Of a stretch of 64,000 bases of DNA, positions 38,447 through 51,469 are shown piece by piece. The position numbers and the translations under genes are program-made. The stretch is from Octopus vulgaris (taxonomy: Eukaryota). The notes under the pieces are model-generated. The model made no database searches and was not told where the DNA came from. It saw nothing but the letters and a program-made list of their open reading frames with translations. Where the stretch lies: assembly GCA_951406725.2 (NCBI GenBank), contig OX597818.1, forward strand, positions 86,924,001-86,988,000. The letters run 5' to 3'. The first letter of the stretch is position 1. Each line of letters starts with the position of its first letter.

Positions 38447-38489
<43 letters not shown>

Positions 38490-39029
38490 GTGAGAATACA
38501 TCAGTAAATCAGAAAAGGTGTATAATCATATTTTATGCATTTCAGATTTTCAGATTTTTCTTCTTTCTTCTGTTCACCTCCACTTTTACTAATATGATTT
38601 TGATGTTTACTTCAGACCTTTGTCTTCGCTGTATAACCCCGTTCATTGTTTACATACATCCTCTCCCGTCTCCTACTGATGTAGTGCCTTCCTTCATATA
38701 GTATGTACGACAACTAGAGTTTTACTTCGTATGTTATTTCTTCGGATGAAAAAGATCACAGATGTGAACGCTTACAGGTTGAATTGATTTATGGATTATA
38801 CTTGTGTGTTAATGTCAGTTTTTACCTTTCTGCTATGTTTGGTTGTAGCATTACGCATATTTGTTTGCACAATGTACATTATTACATTAACCAGTCGCTG
38901 CATTTTTGAAACAGCTGTAAAGCAATACCATAGACTGATTTCGTTTTAAGTATATTTATGTTTATATAACAACCTTGTTTTGATGCCATATGTAACTGTT
39001 TGTCCGTCTTCTCTCCCTCTTTCTCTCAG

Positions 39030-39084
<55 letters not shown>

Positions 39085-39085
<1 letters not shown>

Positions 39086-39260
39086 GTTTCTTTATTACCC
39101 ACAAGGAGCTAAAGTGCGTAACTGGTACTTAATTAATCGACCCCAAAAGGATGAAAGGCAAAGTCGACCTCGGCGGAATTTGAACTCAGAACGTAACGAC
39201 GGGCGAAATACCGCGAAGCACTTCGCCCGGCGTGCTAACGTCTCTGCCAGCTCGCCGCCT
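39085..39260 (-). mobile_element. Young family B SINE
   Basis: Intact CpGs, Meta-like core. Confidence 0.8.
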
Positions 39261-40967
39261 GCATCAAAGTCTTTCCTTGCAACGGTTAATCTCGATGCAA
39301 CTAAAGCTATAATAGTAGATGTAAATATTGGGTTAAAAAACCAGTTGGTTAGAAAAGTTGAAGGCTGCCCATGTTTACAGGAGATATGAGCCTTAAACGT
39401 TCTGTTCAAATGGTTCATAATACATTTACACACTATTATTTATAGCTTTATTTTCTTTAAGATTCACCTTTCCTGAAAAGAATTATTTCATCTTTTCGAA
39501 GTCTCTAAATTCTGGTGACATCAACAGATTGTGTATGTGTGTGTTCACTCTCTCAGAATCACCTACGCTGTGCGCTGTGAGAGGTCGCTGTCTGTCTGAA
39601 AACCACCGGCAGTGTCCGATGCTTTAAATAAATGAATGAAGATTTGAATGTGGTATCTGGCGATCTCTTCTCATCTAATTGCTGCACAAACCCATCCAAC
39701 GAAACTAGAGAGGCAAAAAAAAAAAAAGAAGCAAAAACAACATAAAACCTGGCATGAGGAGACGTAACGATGTTATACAACGCGGCATGGAACTGCTTCT
39801 GCCAACGTTTCCTGCTAATTATTTATGTAAACCTATATATTTATATAAAATGCAGAACAGTTTTCTATTACTAGAAAATAACTCTGCCTTCAAGCTACAG
39901 TAAATAAACCCTGTTAATGTATGTTTTATGGGAGTGATAACATTTCCTACTTTTCTTCTCCCTTTTAAAATTTTTTTTTATTATTTTCCCTTGTTTAAAT
40001 CATATTATTTTGTTTACTAAGTTTCAGTTAATTATATTTAAGCTTCAGATTAATATTGATTCTGTTAATGTATTCGCATTTCTTCCTTTGTTCTTGGCAT
40101 TTACTTAGCACTGCCCTAATGGTATTTACTTCTGTTCTAACTACCGTTTTTTAATAGCATTTATCCCTGTCTTAAGCAACACGCTACTAACGATTACCGA
40201 TGTCCAACGTACTATTCTGAGGGCGATTTAGTTATGTCTTAAGTCTTACCTTTCATTCTGTACTGGTTTCGGTCATTGGACTGCGGCCTTCTTGGGAAAC
40301 CGCCTTGAACAGATCAACTCCAGTATTCAATATCTTTTAAAAACCTGGTACTTATTCTTTCGGGTTTTTTTAGAACCGCCAGTTATGGGGAGGTAAGCAA
40401 ATCGACACTGGTGACTGTTGTTGTTATATATATATAATATATTGAGTATTAAAGGAAGTAGTGAGTACTTAGTATGAAAGATTAAGAAAATGAGAGAGAC
40501 TGAAAAAACGTGTTAACGATACGAGATACTTTATTAGACTGCCATTGTTGTACAAGCTATTTGTTGTGGCGGGAAACTTACTGAATGTCCTTGTATCAAG
40601 GGGGACAATGGGCAACGTTGATTGTTCATGTTTGTTGTGATGATTACATAACAGTGACAAGCAGTGATGAGGTTAAACATAACACAAAGATACAAACAAA
40701 CCCGTGTGTGTGTCCGTGTGTATATATGATCGGCTTCTTTCAGCTTCCAGCTACCAGATCCTCTCATAACGCTTTGAACGATCCGAGGCTAAGTTAAAAA
40801 ACGCTTGCAATGGGACTGAACCTAAGACCACATGATTGGGAAACAACGTTCTTAACCACACGTTCACGTCTGTGTCTATGACACGCGGACTTGACTCGGA
40901 GTATCGTTTGGACAGAGACAGGTGTATGATATTACATAACACCCGTCTCTGTTGCGCTACAGAGCAC

Positions 40968-41290
40968 TGTGAAGGCTCATGGTCATGGCTTAATGGTTAG
41001 GGTATTTGGCTCACGATTGTAAGGTCGAAAGTTCGATTCCCGGCGGCGTTTTGTGTCCTTGTGCGAGACACGTTATTTCACGTTGCTCCAGTCCACTCAG
41101 CTGACAAAAACGAGTAGTACTTGTAACTCAAAGAGCCAGCTCTGTTACATACTGTGTCACGCTGAATCTCTAAGAACTACGCTAAGGGTACGCGTGTCTG
41201 TGGAGTGCTCAGCCACTTGTTAATTTCATGAGCAGGCTGTTCTGTTAATCTAATCGCCTGGGACCCCCGTCGTCGAAACCGACGGAGTCC
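40968..41290 (+). mobile_element. Family E SINE
   Basis: B-box gttcgattcc, CORE-like box, family E tail. Confidence 0.8.
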
Positions 41291-42657
41291 TAGGAGGAGG
41301 AGGAGGACAAAGCACTGCCAAAACAGTAGTCGATACGTCAACTGTGTTTTATCACATTCCAAAACAAACTTAACTACATTACCTCAAAACTGTGACGCTA
41401 CGACCACATGGTCCTCATATTTTTTCCATGTTAGCATGAATCGGACGAGTCTTATTGAAACTAGTTTTCTATAGCCGGATGCGTTTCCTGTCGCCTGTTC
41501 TCTATCTCTTGTTGATACCGTCTGTACAGTACTCTATACCTGAAGTGTGTCTCACCATATTTAAAGGAACCTCATCACCCCCAAGACCAGGGTCATTGTG
41601 ACACACCACATCTCTATTTATTATATTCTAACACATATCCGTCTCTATGGTGCCAATACAGTACATCGTACCTTAACCGTGTCGTGCCATATCTAAAGGA
41701 ACCACGCCGCCTCCACCTGTTCTACTTACGTATATAGTAAGACTGTGAGATCGGATGCAAGTTTGCCTTTGTTCAAATAACAATAGAAAGGAACATCTTG
41801 GTTTACTGTTTATATTGTTTCGGGTGGGGCTACGTTTGCAATGGTGGTGGTGGTGGTGGTGGTGGTGGTAGAAGAGGGTGTGGTATCGATTGAGCCAAAC
41901 AATCAATCATTACCAAACTATTGAAATATCACCATGGCAACTGTCGTGACTCTATCACTCCCAACCATCACCCCCGCTATATATATATCTCCCCACGCGT
42001 TTATCTTACCGTCTTGCACACTTTCTGTTTACGTTCACCCTGCCATTTTTAAAGATTTTCGCGCTACTTCTACTTTTTCGTACACGTGTGTGTGTGTATA
42101 TATGCACGTGTATATATATATATATATTTCTATGCACGTGTGTGTGTATTTATACACATGTAACTGTATATATGTTGATGTACATGATTGTATATACACA
42201 CACACATACAGGTGTATGTTTGTTTACAAGTGGGTGTATATATTTTTTATTGTGACTTTGTAAGCGTGTGTACAATTCTCTCTAAGACGGTTCGACAAGT
42301 CAGTGTGTTTCGAGACGTTTATATCCTTACACAACACCCACCCACCCACCCACCTACCCATTGATCTACCCCCCTCCACCCATCTACCAACAAATACTCC
42401 ATAGAGTCAGCACCTGTAGGCTTTTCACACTCTACCCCCACACTCTTTCAAACCCCCCCCCCCTCAACCCTCACGTCGTCACCTTCACCATCTGCCAGGG
42501 CTTTTGTGATTTCTGATGGAATGAAATGAAATAAAAAAATTTAAAAGAAAAAAAATAAAATAAATGAACAAATATACAAATTGTATTTGTTTTGTGCAGT
42601 TTCAACAACAAAAAGACAAACAAACCTGCATACACCACCACCACTACTACCACCACC

Positions 42658-42704
<47 letters not shown>

Positions 42705-42999
42705 CAACAACAACAACAACCTTACTATATCACAACCACCACACACATCCTACGACTACCACCTACACCAGTGGTTTTTCAACCGGAGTCCATATGATCT
42801 CAGGAGGGTCCACGCCATCAAAATAGTAATTTGGGGGATCTACAGTAGTATTTTAAGGGTCATTGAAAGATTTTAGCTTTAGATGCATTTATTGCAAGAG
42901 ACAGCTTGGTTTCTTTCTCAAACGTTTTACAAACTAGTTCAACCTGCGCAAGTGACTGTACAACCTACACGGCATCCCATAACTTCATATACAATATAA

Positions 43000-43125
43000 C
43001 TAGCAGTATAACCCGGCTTTGCCCAGGATTAAGTTAGGATTATTAAGCGAATCAAGTTCATTATTTCAAACCAAACTAAGTAATATCGACGTCAAATTTG
43101 GGCGAAATCTGTTGAAATTGGTTTA
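43000..43125 (-). mobile_element. Helitron-like 3' terminus fragment
   Basis: a|ctagcagtataacccggctttgcccagg resembles the end of the 58236 Helitron; also gtcaaatttgggcgaaatctgttgaa versus gtcaagtttcatcagaatcggttgaa. Confidence 0.55.
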
Positions 43126-43171
43126 TGTATATATATATATATATATATATAAACATATGCATATATACATA

Positions 43172-43208
<37 letters not shown>

Positions 43209-44149
43209 ATATGCATATAAACATATGCATATATACATACATATATGTACATACCTACATCTATATGTATATATACATGCATATATGGGTACAGGACATA
43301 AAAAAAAAAAACGTTGAGCACAATGAGAAACGAAAACATAAAAACAAAGACATGGAAACGAACTTTTTTCAAACAACGAAAAAACAGTACGAGACATACA
43401 GCACAAGGAATATTCCCCTTCTTCAGTTGTCCCTGTTTCGTCTACTCCGCGTTTTCGAAGGTAAGGACAAGACGCGACTTCGTTGAAACAGTCCTTCCCG
43501 CAAAGCAAATTAAATAAAATTTGAGATTTGATCTAATCGACTGGCCCCCTCCCCCAAAATTTCGGGCCATGTGCCTAGAGTAGAAAAAAACCCCCTAGAA
43601 TTCTATCAGAAGAGTTTGTGTACTAGCAGAAATAGACGCGTTGCTTTTTCCTCTTCACCATCGTGGGCTAGTCTTCATGCAATCACTTAGTTATGTGAGA
43701 ATTTATTAAAGCGAACATATAAAATGATTTTTTTTCTTTTTTTTTGTCATTTCCTCTGCCTAGTCTTATCTTTGTGTTTATTTCTACAGGTCTTTTTCCA
43801 GTGATCAAGAGCTTGTCCCCACTAGAACTCAGTGGAATTATTTGTTCCTCTAGTTATTTATTTGATTCTATCTAATCACTATAAGTTTACAAAAATGTTT
43901 GTTATGTATGTGTGAGGGAAGTATATTCAGTTGAAATCGCTGTCCTTGTTCCCGGATTTGACTGATACTTATTTTTATCAGCTCCGGATGGATGAAAAGC
44001 TTTTGGACCCTGGATAATAAACGGACGAAAACATAATACCACAAAGCACCACCTTATCATTTCTGCCACTCCATCACCCTCGGGAACTTTCATATGTTAA
44101 TAATATTAATAAATACATATGTCGGTAAATGAGTCAATATGAGTGCAAA

Positions 44150-44960
44150 GGTAATTCACCAGAGAGAAAGTGAAGACGTTACATTATCCTCATCAATCTT
44201 ACTGTCCCCCCTCCTACTCCGTCACCGAAAATACATTCTCTCTCTCTCTCTCACACTCTCTCTCTCCCCTTCAAAACTTAACACTTAACACAAATGTAAA
44301 TGTTTGCCGACAGATAAGAGAAATCCTGTTATGTTGTCGTCTGCTTACGAAATAAAATCCAGCGCCCCTTCTCCGATTCTATCGACCCACCGACCGACCA
44401 ACTCCATACCGTTTTGTCTTACCAAACGTTCATGTCTTGTGATATTTATCTATTTATTCCATCACTTCAAAAGCTTCTTTATTTTTATTCTTCAAATGTC
44501 GAGGGAGCGGAATTCTGAAAATGGCAGCAATGGCAGAGTGAGTTGAGGGGAAAAGGTTTCGTAACTTTTAAATGGAGTATGCGTGCGAGCGTGCAATTGA
44601 ATGTTTCCCTATCTCTCTTATGGCTATATGCAAATTGCCAATACCGGAGTATGTGTGTCTGCATGCAAATTGTCTGTCTGTGCGTTTGCATACAAATTAT
44701 ATGTGTAAACTATTCAAATTTTTGCGTGAACGGAGTACGTTTCCACGCATTTTTTGTTCGTTTCTTTTTCAATTTACGAGAATAGTCTCTCCTGTTAAAT
44801 ATGTAATGTGTGCTTATAAAGGAATAGTAATAATCTATTTGTCACTTGGGCCGATACATTTGTAAGTAACGTGTTACAAAAAGGTTGTAAGGGTTGTGAG
44901 GATGCGCGTGCGCACACACGTTGTTGACGTCACGAGAATTTAGAGACTTCGTGAACGTGA
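44150..44960 (+). promoter_or_regulatory. Candidate internal promoter / alternative first exon
   Basis: TE-free, CpG-containing island; donor ga|gtgagt after 44537; aaaATGG context at 44521; perfect CRE TGACGTCA at 44925-44932. Function is inference. Confidence 0.35.
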
Positions 44961-45133
44961 AATAGTTCGTTTTATGAAAGCTACATCTTGAAGCAAATAA
45001 AACCGAAAATAATATAGTGTAAATAAATATTGGTAATATAGTGTAAATAGATATTATCCCAATGGATAAATGGATAGAAAAAAAGTCGAAAGTTACTCGT
45101 TCGACCATCTTAACCACACAGATATTTGGAAAG

Positions 45134-45165
<32 letters not shown>

Positions 45166-45188
45166 CATTATTATTATTATTATTATTC

Positions 45189-46600
45189 AGGCAGAAACGT
45201 TAGCACGCCGAGCGAAATGCGTAGCCGTATTTCGTCTGCCGTTACGTTCTGAGTTCAAATTCCGCCGAAGTCGACTTTGCCTTTCATCTTTCCGGAGTCG
45301 ATTAATTAAGTACCAGTTACGCACTGGGGTCGATATAATAGACGTCCTTGTTTGTCCTCTCTGTGTTTAGCCCCTTGTGGGTAGTAAAGAAATAGGTATT
45401 TCGTCCGTCGCTACGTTCTAAAATTCAAATTCCGCCGAGGTCGACTTTGCCTTTGAGGTCGATGTAATCGACACATCTCCGCCCCACAAAACTGTTGCCC
45501 TTGTGGAAAAATTTGGAACTATTATTATTGAGGGGAGGTGAATTGTAAGCTGGCATAAAGCAAAAATGACATGTAGGCGTTCTCTGGTGGTGGTGGTAGT
45601 AGTAGTCAGAGGAGGTGTAAAGACAGCTGGTCAGCTAATTGTATGCGAAGTCACATCTGCTGATTTGAAACGGCTTTGTTTTAGGCCATGATCAAAGAGT
45701 CCTGTAGTCAAAGAACTCCACCTACAATCACCCCATACTATTTGCATTATGATTATTGACAGAAAAGCTGCAATCTGCTACAATCGTTTGCACACCGGGA
45801 AAAATGCTTAGCAGCATTTCGTCCGTCTACATTCTGAGTTCAAACGCCGCCGGAGTCGACTTTGCCTTTCATAGTTTCGGGGTCGATTAATTAAGTACCA
45901 GTGAAACACTGGGGTCGATGTAACTGACTAGACCCCTCCTCCACAATTTCAGGCCTTGTGCCTATAGTAAAAAGGATTATTATTATTATTATTGACAGAA
46001 AGGCGGCGAGCTGGCAGAATCGTTAGCACGCTGGACGAAATGCAAAACGGTATTTCGTCTGCCGTTACGTTCTGAGTTCAAATTCCGTCGAGGTCGACTT
46101 TGCCTTTCATCCTTCGGGGTCGATTAAATAAGTACCAGTTACGCACTGGGGTCGATATAATCGACTTAATCCGTGTGTCTGTCCTTGTTTGTCCTCTCTG
46201 TGTTTAGCTCCTTGTGAGTAGTAAAGAAATAAGTATTTCGCCCGTCGCTACGTTCTGAGTTCAAATTCCGCCCGAGGTCAACTTTGCCTTTCATCCTTTC
46301 GGGGTTGATAAAATAAGTGCCAGTCGAGCACTTGGGTTCAATATATATTTCTTTACTACCCACAAGGGGCTAAACATAGAGGGGACAGACAAAGGGAGTA
46401 AGTTGATTACATCGACCCAGTGCGAAACTGGTACTTTATTTATCGACCCCAAGAGGATGAAAGGCAAAGTCGACCTCGGCGGAATTTGAACTCAGAATGT
46501 AACGACAGACGAAATGCCGCTAAGCATTTCGCCCGGCGTGCTAACGTTTCTGCCAGCTAGTCGCCCTATTGGGTTCAATATAATTGACTAGTCCCATCCC
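45189..46600. mobile_element. Dense cluster of family B SINEs; the last copy (46346-46568, minus) is inserted into a plus copy
   Basis: Six Meta-like cores, one partial; TSD ttgggttcaatata at 46332-46345 and 46569-46582. Confidence 0.85.
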
Positions 46601-46719
46601 CCACAACTGCTAAAAAAAATTAGGCCATGTTGCTCTTTCCAAATTTTATTTTCGTTTCTCTATTAGTTATTTTACTCGCGTATCTATCTTAAAATGAGCT
46701 GCTTGGCGGAAGTCTACGG

Positions 46720-47188
46720 AGGATGACATGACAAGCCTTGACTATTGGGATCGACTCAAAAAGCTCAGGCTTTGCTCCCTTTACCGCCGCTGTGAGCTCT
46801 ATATCATCTGTATAATGTGGAAAATATTCCATCAACATTGTCCGAGGCTTGGCCTCGTGCCATCCGTCCACTACAGAAATGTTTGTGTCGTATCACAACA
46901 CTATGACAGAACTATTTCACCTCAATTGGCGATGCTCTCTTCAACATCGTGCCAGACACACATAAAGCAGGAAAGTGACTTCACGGCATTCAAACGATCC
47001 CTAGATGATTACCCCCTACATATACCAGATAAACCACCCACACCCAGATATTTCTCTGAAAACAATAACCCTCTGCTTGAATGGGCTATGGTTCCCCAGA
47101 GCTGACTGTGTATCTCTTCCAGGTGGTGCTATTAAATTAGATATGGCCTGAGTCAACTTCGGCCGAAACTTAATCTAAGTAATCTAAT
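46720..47188 (+). mobile_element. CR1-group LINE 3' fragment (degenerate ORF2 C-terminus plus 3' UTR)
   Basis: ORF 46728-47105 begins LDYWDRLKKLRLCSLYRRCELYIICIMWKI, resembling the CR1 motif LxYWERLxxLxLYSLxRRRERY, and later has FKRSLDDY..IPDKP; short tandem tail taatctaag. Confidence 0.8.
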
Positions 47189-48697
47189 CTCTGCTGTAAC
47201 CTTTTAATCAAAGCATGACAACGTGGGTAGAGGCTGATATTTTAACATTTCTGATGTTCTTAAGTATAAAAAAAAATGATTAAAGATTATAGAGAACTAC
47301 ATTCAGAGTATGTCTATAAGCTATTGTGTTTAGATCTGATTTCTATCCTCAAACTGTTCCGTTTTGTTGATGCAATTTTTTAAAAATAAAGCACTCCGAA
47401 ATTAGAGAAATCAAAAATCTGCAACAGTCTCTGTCCCATGAGTATCGGATAATGAATTTTCAACTGTGTAATGAAAACTGATTGTGGTGATCGTCGTTTT
47501 GACGGTGATTGTGGTGAAACCAGAGACAGTGTTGATGATGACGATGGTCGAGATAAATATGGGAGGAGGTTATGTTTTTGCCGGCGTTGGTTTGAGAAAT
47601 TGGGCAATTTTCAGCACGCGTGTATATGGGTGGAAATGAGCTGCTTTTCTAGTTCTAAATGTTTTTGTTTTTTTTTGCCCTTGTGGCCAATATAAATGAA
47701 TTTTTGTTATTTGGTGAAAATGTATCACAATTACTTTGTGATAGGAAGCCAACTTTAAAAAAAAAAAACTATCTCTCTCTCTCACTCACACACACATCTT
47801 TGTCGATCACCTAATGTAATGAAAGTTTGCATTCGGATATGATCTCTAGTTTTAGGATAGCCTCTTCCATTCCGTCCACTGTTCCCAGAAATCCTGGAAA
47901 ATAAAATGGCCTGGAAGGTGCGCCTTTTGTACCGGCTCAGCGGAATTTGAACACAGAACGTAAAGACGGACAGAATCCAGCTGAGCTTTGTACCCGGCGC
48001 GGTAACGATTTTACTAGCTCGTCTCGTGAAGACACGTATATTTTAAAACATAAAAACACTAATAATGTTTTCTGCATGTGTGTGTATGTATCGTTGCTAT
48101 TATGCAAAAATGTCCTAAGTCCAAAACGTTGCTTTTTCAGAAAGCGAAAAAATAGTTTCACCATTCTATAGCAAACCCGTTGTACTACACTTTGACAATT
48201 TTTGATATCTTGGTATCTGAAGCAGCTGGAGTTTGACCCAAAGAACCGGCTACTGCAAGCAAAAATAAATATTGAAAGGAAAAAAAGTGCTTTTGGCCCA
48301 ATTTGGAAATTGGAAACAGTTTAATATAATAGCCAAGATGTGTGTGTGTGTGTAAAGCGTTACCTTTTCTCAACGAATAGAGAGGGACCACCTAAATTAA
48401 TGTTTCTCAACCATTTATTATTAACAGTTGTAATCTAAAAGAAAAATTGTGAAAATATTTTGTAAATTGTTCAAGTATAACAAACTTATTTCAGATATGG
48501 ACTCCACCAAGGCCATATGGGTCCCGGATGAGAACCACATTATCCAGTATGCTTTCTAGAAAAGAAAAAAAAATGATTTAAAAGAATCAAAAACTGTAAA
48601 GTGGTTACGAGAATGATTTTGCTACTATTTCTAGCTATTCGAGCGACCACATAGTCACTCTCTCATCAGCTTGTTATATTGTTAGTTGTATGTATAT

Positions 48698-49083
48698 TAG
48701 TGGAAGCACTCCGTCGGTTACGACGACGAGGGTTCCGGTTGATCCGAATCAACGGAATAGCCTGCTCGTGAAATTAACGTGTAAGTGGCTGAGCACTCCA
48801 CAGACACGTGTACCCTTAACGTAGTTCTCGGGGATATTCAGCGTGACACAGAGAGTGACAAGGCCGGCCCTTTGAAATACAGGTACAACAGAAACAGGAA
48901 GTAAGAGTGAGAGAAAGTTGTGGTGAAAGAGTACAGCAGGGATCACCACCATCCCCTGCCGGAGCCTCCTGGAGCTTTAGGTGTTTTCGCTCAATAAACA
49001 CTCACAACGCCCGGTCTGGGAATCGAAACCGCGATCCTATGACCGCGAGTCCGCTGCCCTAACCACTGGGCCACTGCGCCTCC
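48698..49083 (-). mobile_element. Young chimeric SINE: family C-variant head and body plus family E tail
   Basis: TSD tgtatgtatat at 48687-48697 and 49084-49094 encloses both modules. Confidence 0.85.
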
Positions 49084-49180
49084 TGTATGTATATAATAAT
49101 ATTGCTATAGCATATTTGATTTAGAATATAAATATAACCACTAAATCATCTTAACCGTATTTTATTTCCTTGTTTTGCAG

Positions 49181-49232
49181 AACTTATCAACTCGAAAGCA
49201 AAATTCAACGTTAATTATCAAGATGCAGATGG
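49181..49232 (+). CDS. CASKIN: Caskin-like ankyrin-repeat protein, internal exon (E)LINSKAKFNVNYQDAD(G)
   Basis: ttttgcag acceptor, gg|gtaagt donor, 52 nt, phase 1/2; resembles human CASKIN1 KLLGSTKKINVNFQDPDG as I recall it; joins in frame to 63061. Confidence 0.85.
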
Positions 49233-50204
49233 GTAAGTAATTAACTTTTAACAACGTCTCTAACAAATTTTATGTGTTTGTTTTATTTAACGTCTGCAAT
49301 TTCGTTGATCGACAATGACTGCTTTATGTTACTCATAAAACCAAGATGATGAATAATGGCAGCAGTAATAATAATAATAATAATAATAATGATGATGATA
49401 ATAATGATAATGATAATAATAATGAGAGGTGGTTTTGGTAGAGGCGCGTGGAGTTGAGTGGTTAGTTAATGTCGACTTCGTGCTGAGAGACTTAGGTGTA
49501 TGTGGACAGGTATGTGTGAAAATGAAGTGTGTCTGAGGGAGGCAGACAAAGTGAAAGAGAGGATGAGAGCAGTAGCAAATTATTTCTTATTACACTCATC
49601 TCATAACTCTTATCAGCGAATTTTCGAAATAACTATCAATCATGACCTCCAATAGAGAAAGAAATGTGCAAGAAATTAAGATGGTTGTTCCCTTCTTATG
49701 AAAGAATTCCACCTCACCCTCCCAATTTAATTTTTTTCACATTTTTTTTTTTTTTTTTGGCTTACACCCCTACCTCATTCTCCCGACTAATTCTTTGAAA
49801 TCCTTTAAGATGAAAAGGTTTGCAGTTTTTACATCCGTCTCATGCGACAGGTGTAAATAGACAAAACAATTAGCTAAAAACGAAGGACATAAAAACCCAA
49901 CTGCAAGCTGAAATGAACCGCGAAGATCGGCTGAAAAGTTCATAAGCTGACCAAGATACTCTCCATGGAATGGGACCACCAAATGAGTCGCCAACATCAG
50001 ATATGATGTCATTATCACTGTGACACTGGTTCCTAGCCATGTGGGGTATTTCAATTTGGGGAACTATTCAGCCCACCCTCGTAAAGATAGATGGATGCGG
50101 CTGGAGAAAGTTTTTGTTTAGTGATCTGATCGATTAGGCCATATTGTTATGAAATCTCGTAGTGATTCGGTCAATACTGTCACAGGACGAATATGTTAGG
50201 ACAT

Positions 50205-50425
50205 TAGAATCATTAGCACGCCGGACGAAATGCTTAGCGGTATTTCGTCTGCCGTTACGTTCTGAGTTCAAATTCCGCCGAGGTCGACTTTGCCTTTCAT
50301 CCTTTCGGGGTCGATAAATTAACTACCAGTTACACACCGGGGTCGATGTAATCGACTTAATCCGTTTGTCTGTCCTTGTTTCTTCCCTCTGTGTTTAGCC
50401 CCTTGTGGGTAGTAAAGAAATAGGA
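50205..50425 (+). mobile_element. Young family B SINE
   Basis: Near-consensus Meta-like core with intact CpGs. Confidence 0.85.
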
Positions 50426-50981
50426 TATTTTTTTGTTTTTCTTTTATGTATGTATGTATGTGTGTGTGTGTGCAAGGCGTTCTGTAAGTGTGGATTAGAT
50501 GCATGTACCAGTGCGTATATGGACGTTTATTAATGTGTGTGTATATGTATAGTGAGGCGGAGGGAACCTATCGATTATTGACGCCCGCTATGCCCCACTT
50601 TTGTAAGAAGATCAACTATTGTTCATAGAAGAACGGGGGAGGAGGAGAGCCTTTGTGATAGAAGAGTCCATAAAACAAACATGAAAGTGGGACTGACCCG
50701 TAGAATTAAATGTCAGGCTACGGGTTTAACTGATCTGTTAATATTTCGTAAAGACATTCAACAGATGCTCTTTGTGATGTTGCTCAGTTGTTCTTTCTTG
50801 TTTGGTTTTTGTTCATTGTGTGTATGGGAGTGAGGGAAGTTTCCTGTAAGAATACAAATAACATTCGACTTTTTAATATAAATCTTCCCTTTTTATGAGA
50901 GACAGCTGGAAGAGGGTACATATGTTTATATGAACCATCAGCTGTAGGTTTTGATTTTTAAAATTGCATGTTATATATATA

Positions 50982-51407
50982 CAGGTCGTCGTCGACTTAA
51001 GAACTATCCAATTTACGACGATTGACGCACCAGCTCACGGTAGCAATAATAAATAGTCCAGTTGAAATCTAATGGGTTTAATTAGAAAATAACCTGTCTA
51101 CGGGTGAGGTCAGCAAACAAACGCTTATCCTAGATTTGGCTATCGATCGCCACTGTGTTTATCCTACGTGTTCGATGAATATACTGTCGCGAAGACATCG
51201 ATGCAACCTTGTATTTGTTTATAAGACAACTGCTTGAGACTCCGAAATTTTTGACTAACGCCAGTATAATAGTATAATACAGAATGTGTGACTTTTACCT
51301 GAGAATGTACCTTAAAGAATGTAAAAATATAAAACAAAGCTATGTTGACTTACGGGCCGACTTGCGACCAGTCAGTCGGAACCAGTAGTTTCGTAATTTG
51401 ACGACGA

Positions 51408-51411
<4 letters not shown>
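50982..51411. mobile_element. Tc1/mariner (Tigger-like) MITE
   Basis: ta|caggtcgtcgtc ... gacgacgaccta|ta; TA flanks within (TA)n runs. Confidence 0.7.

Positions 51412-51469
<58 letters not shown>

Noticed and set aside
43290-43530. Minus-strand ctgaagaagg motif as a hammerhead
   Set aside because: No GAAA after the putative helix II; likely a repeat fragment of unknown family.
47471-47695. ORF MKTDCGDRRFDGD... as a possible exon or small gene
   Set aside because: No splice sites or recognisable homology; composition fits a decayed (GAT/GGT)n tract plus a short ggaggttatgttttt repeat remnant.
49925-50110. Mariner-like left end (gctgaaaagttcataagctgacc)
   Set aside because: No matching right TIR or transposase frame that I could verify.
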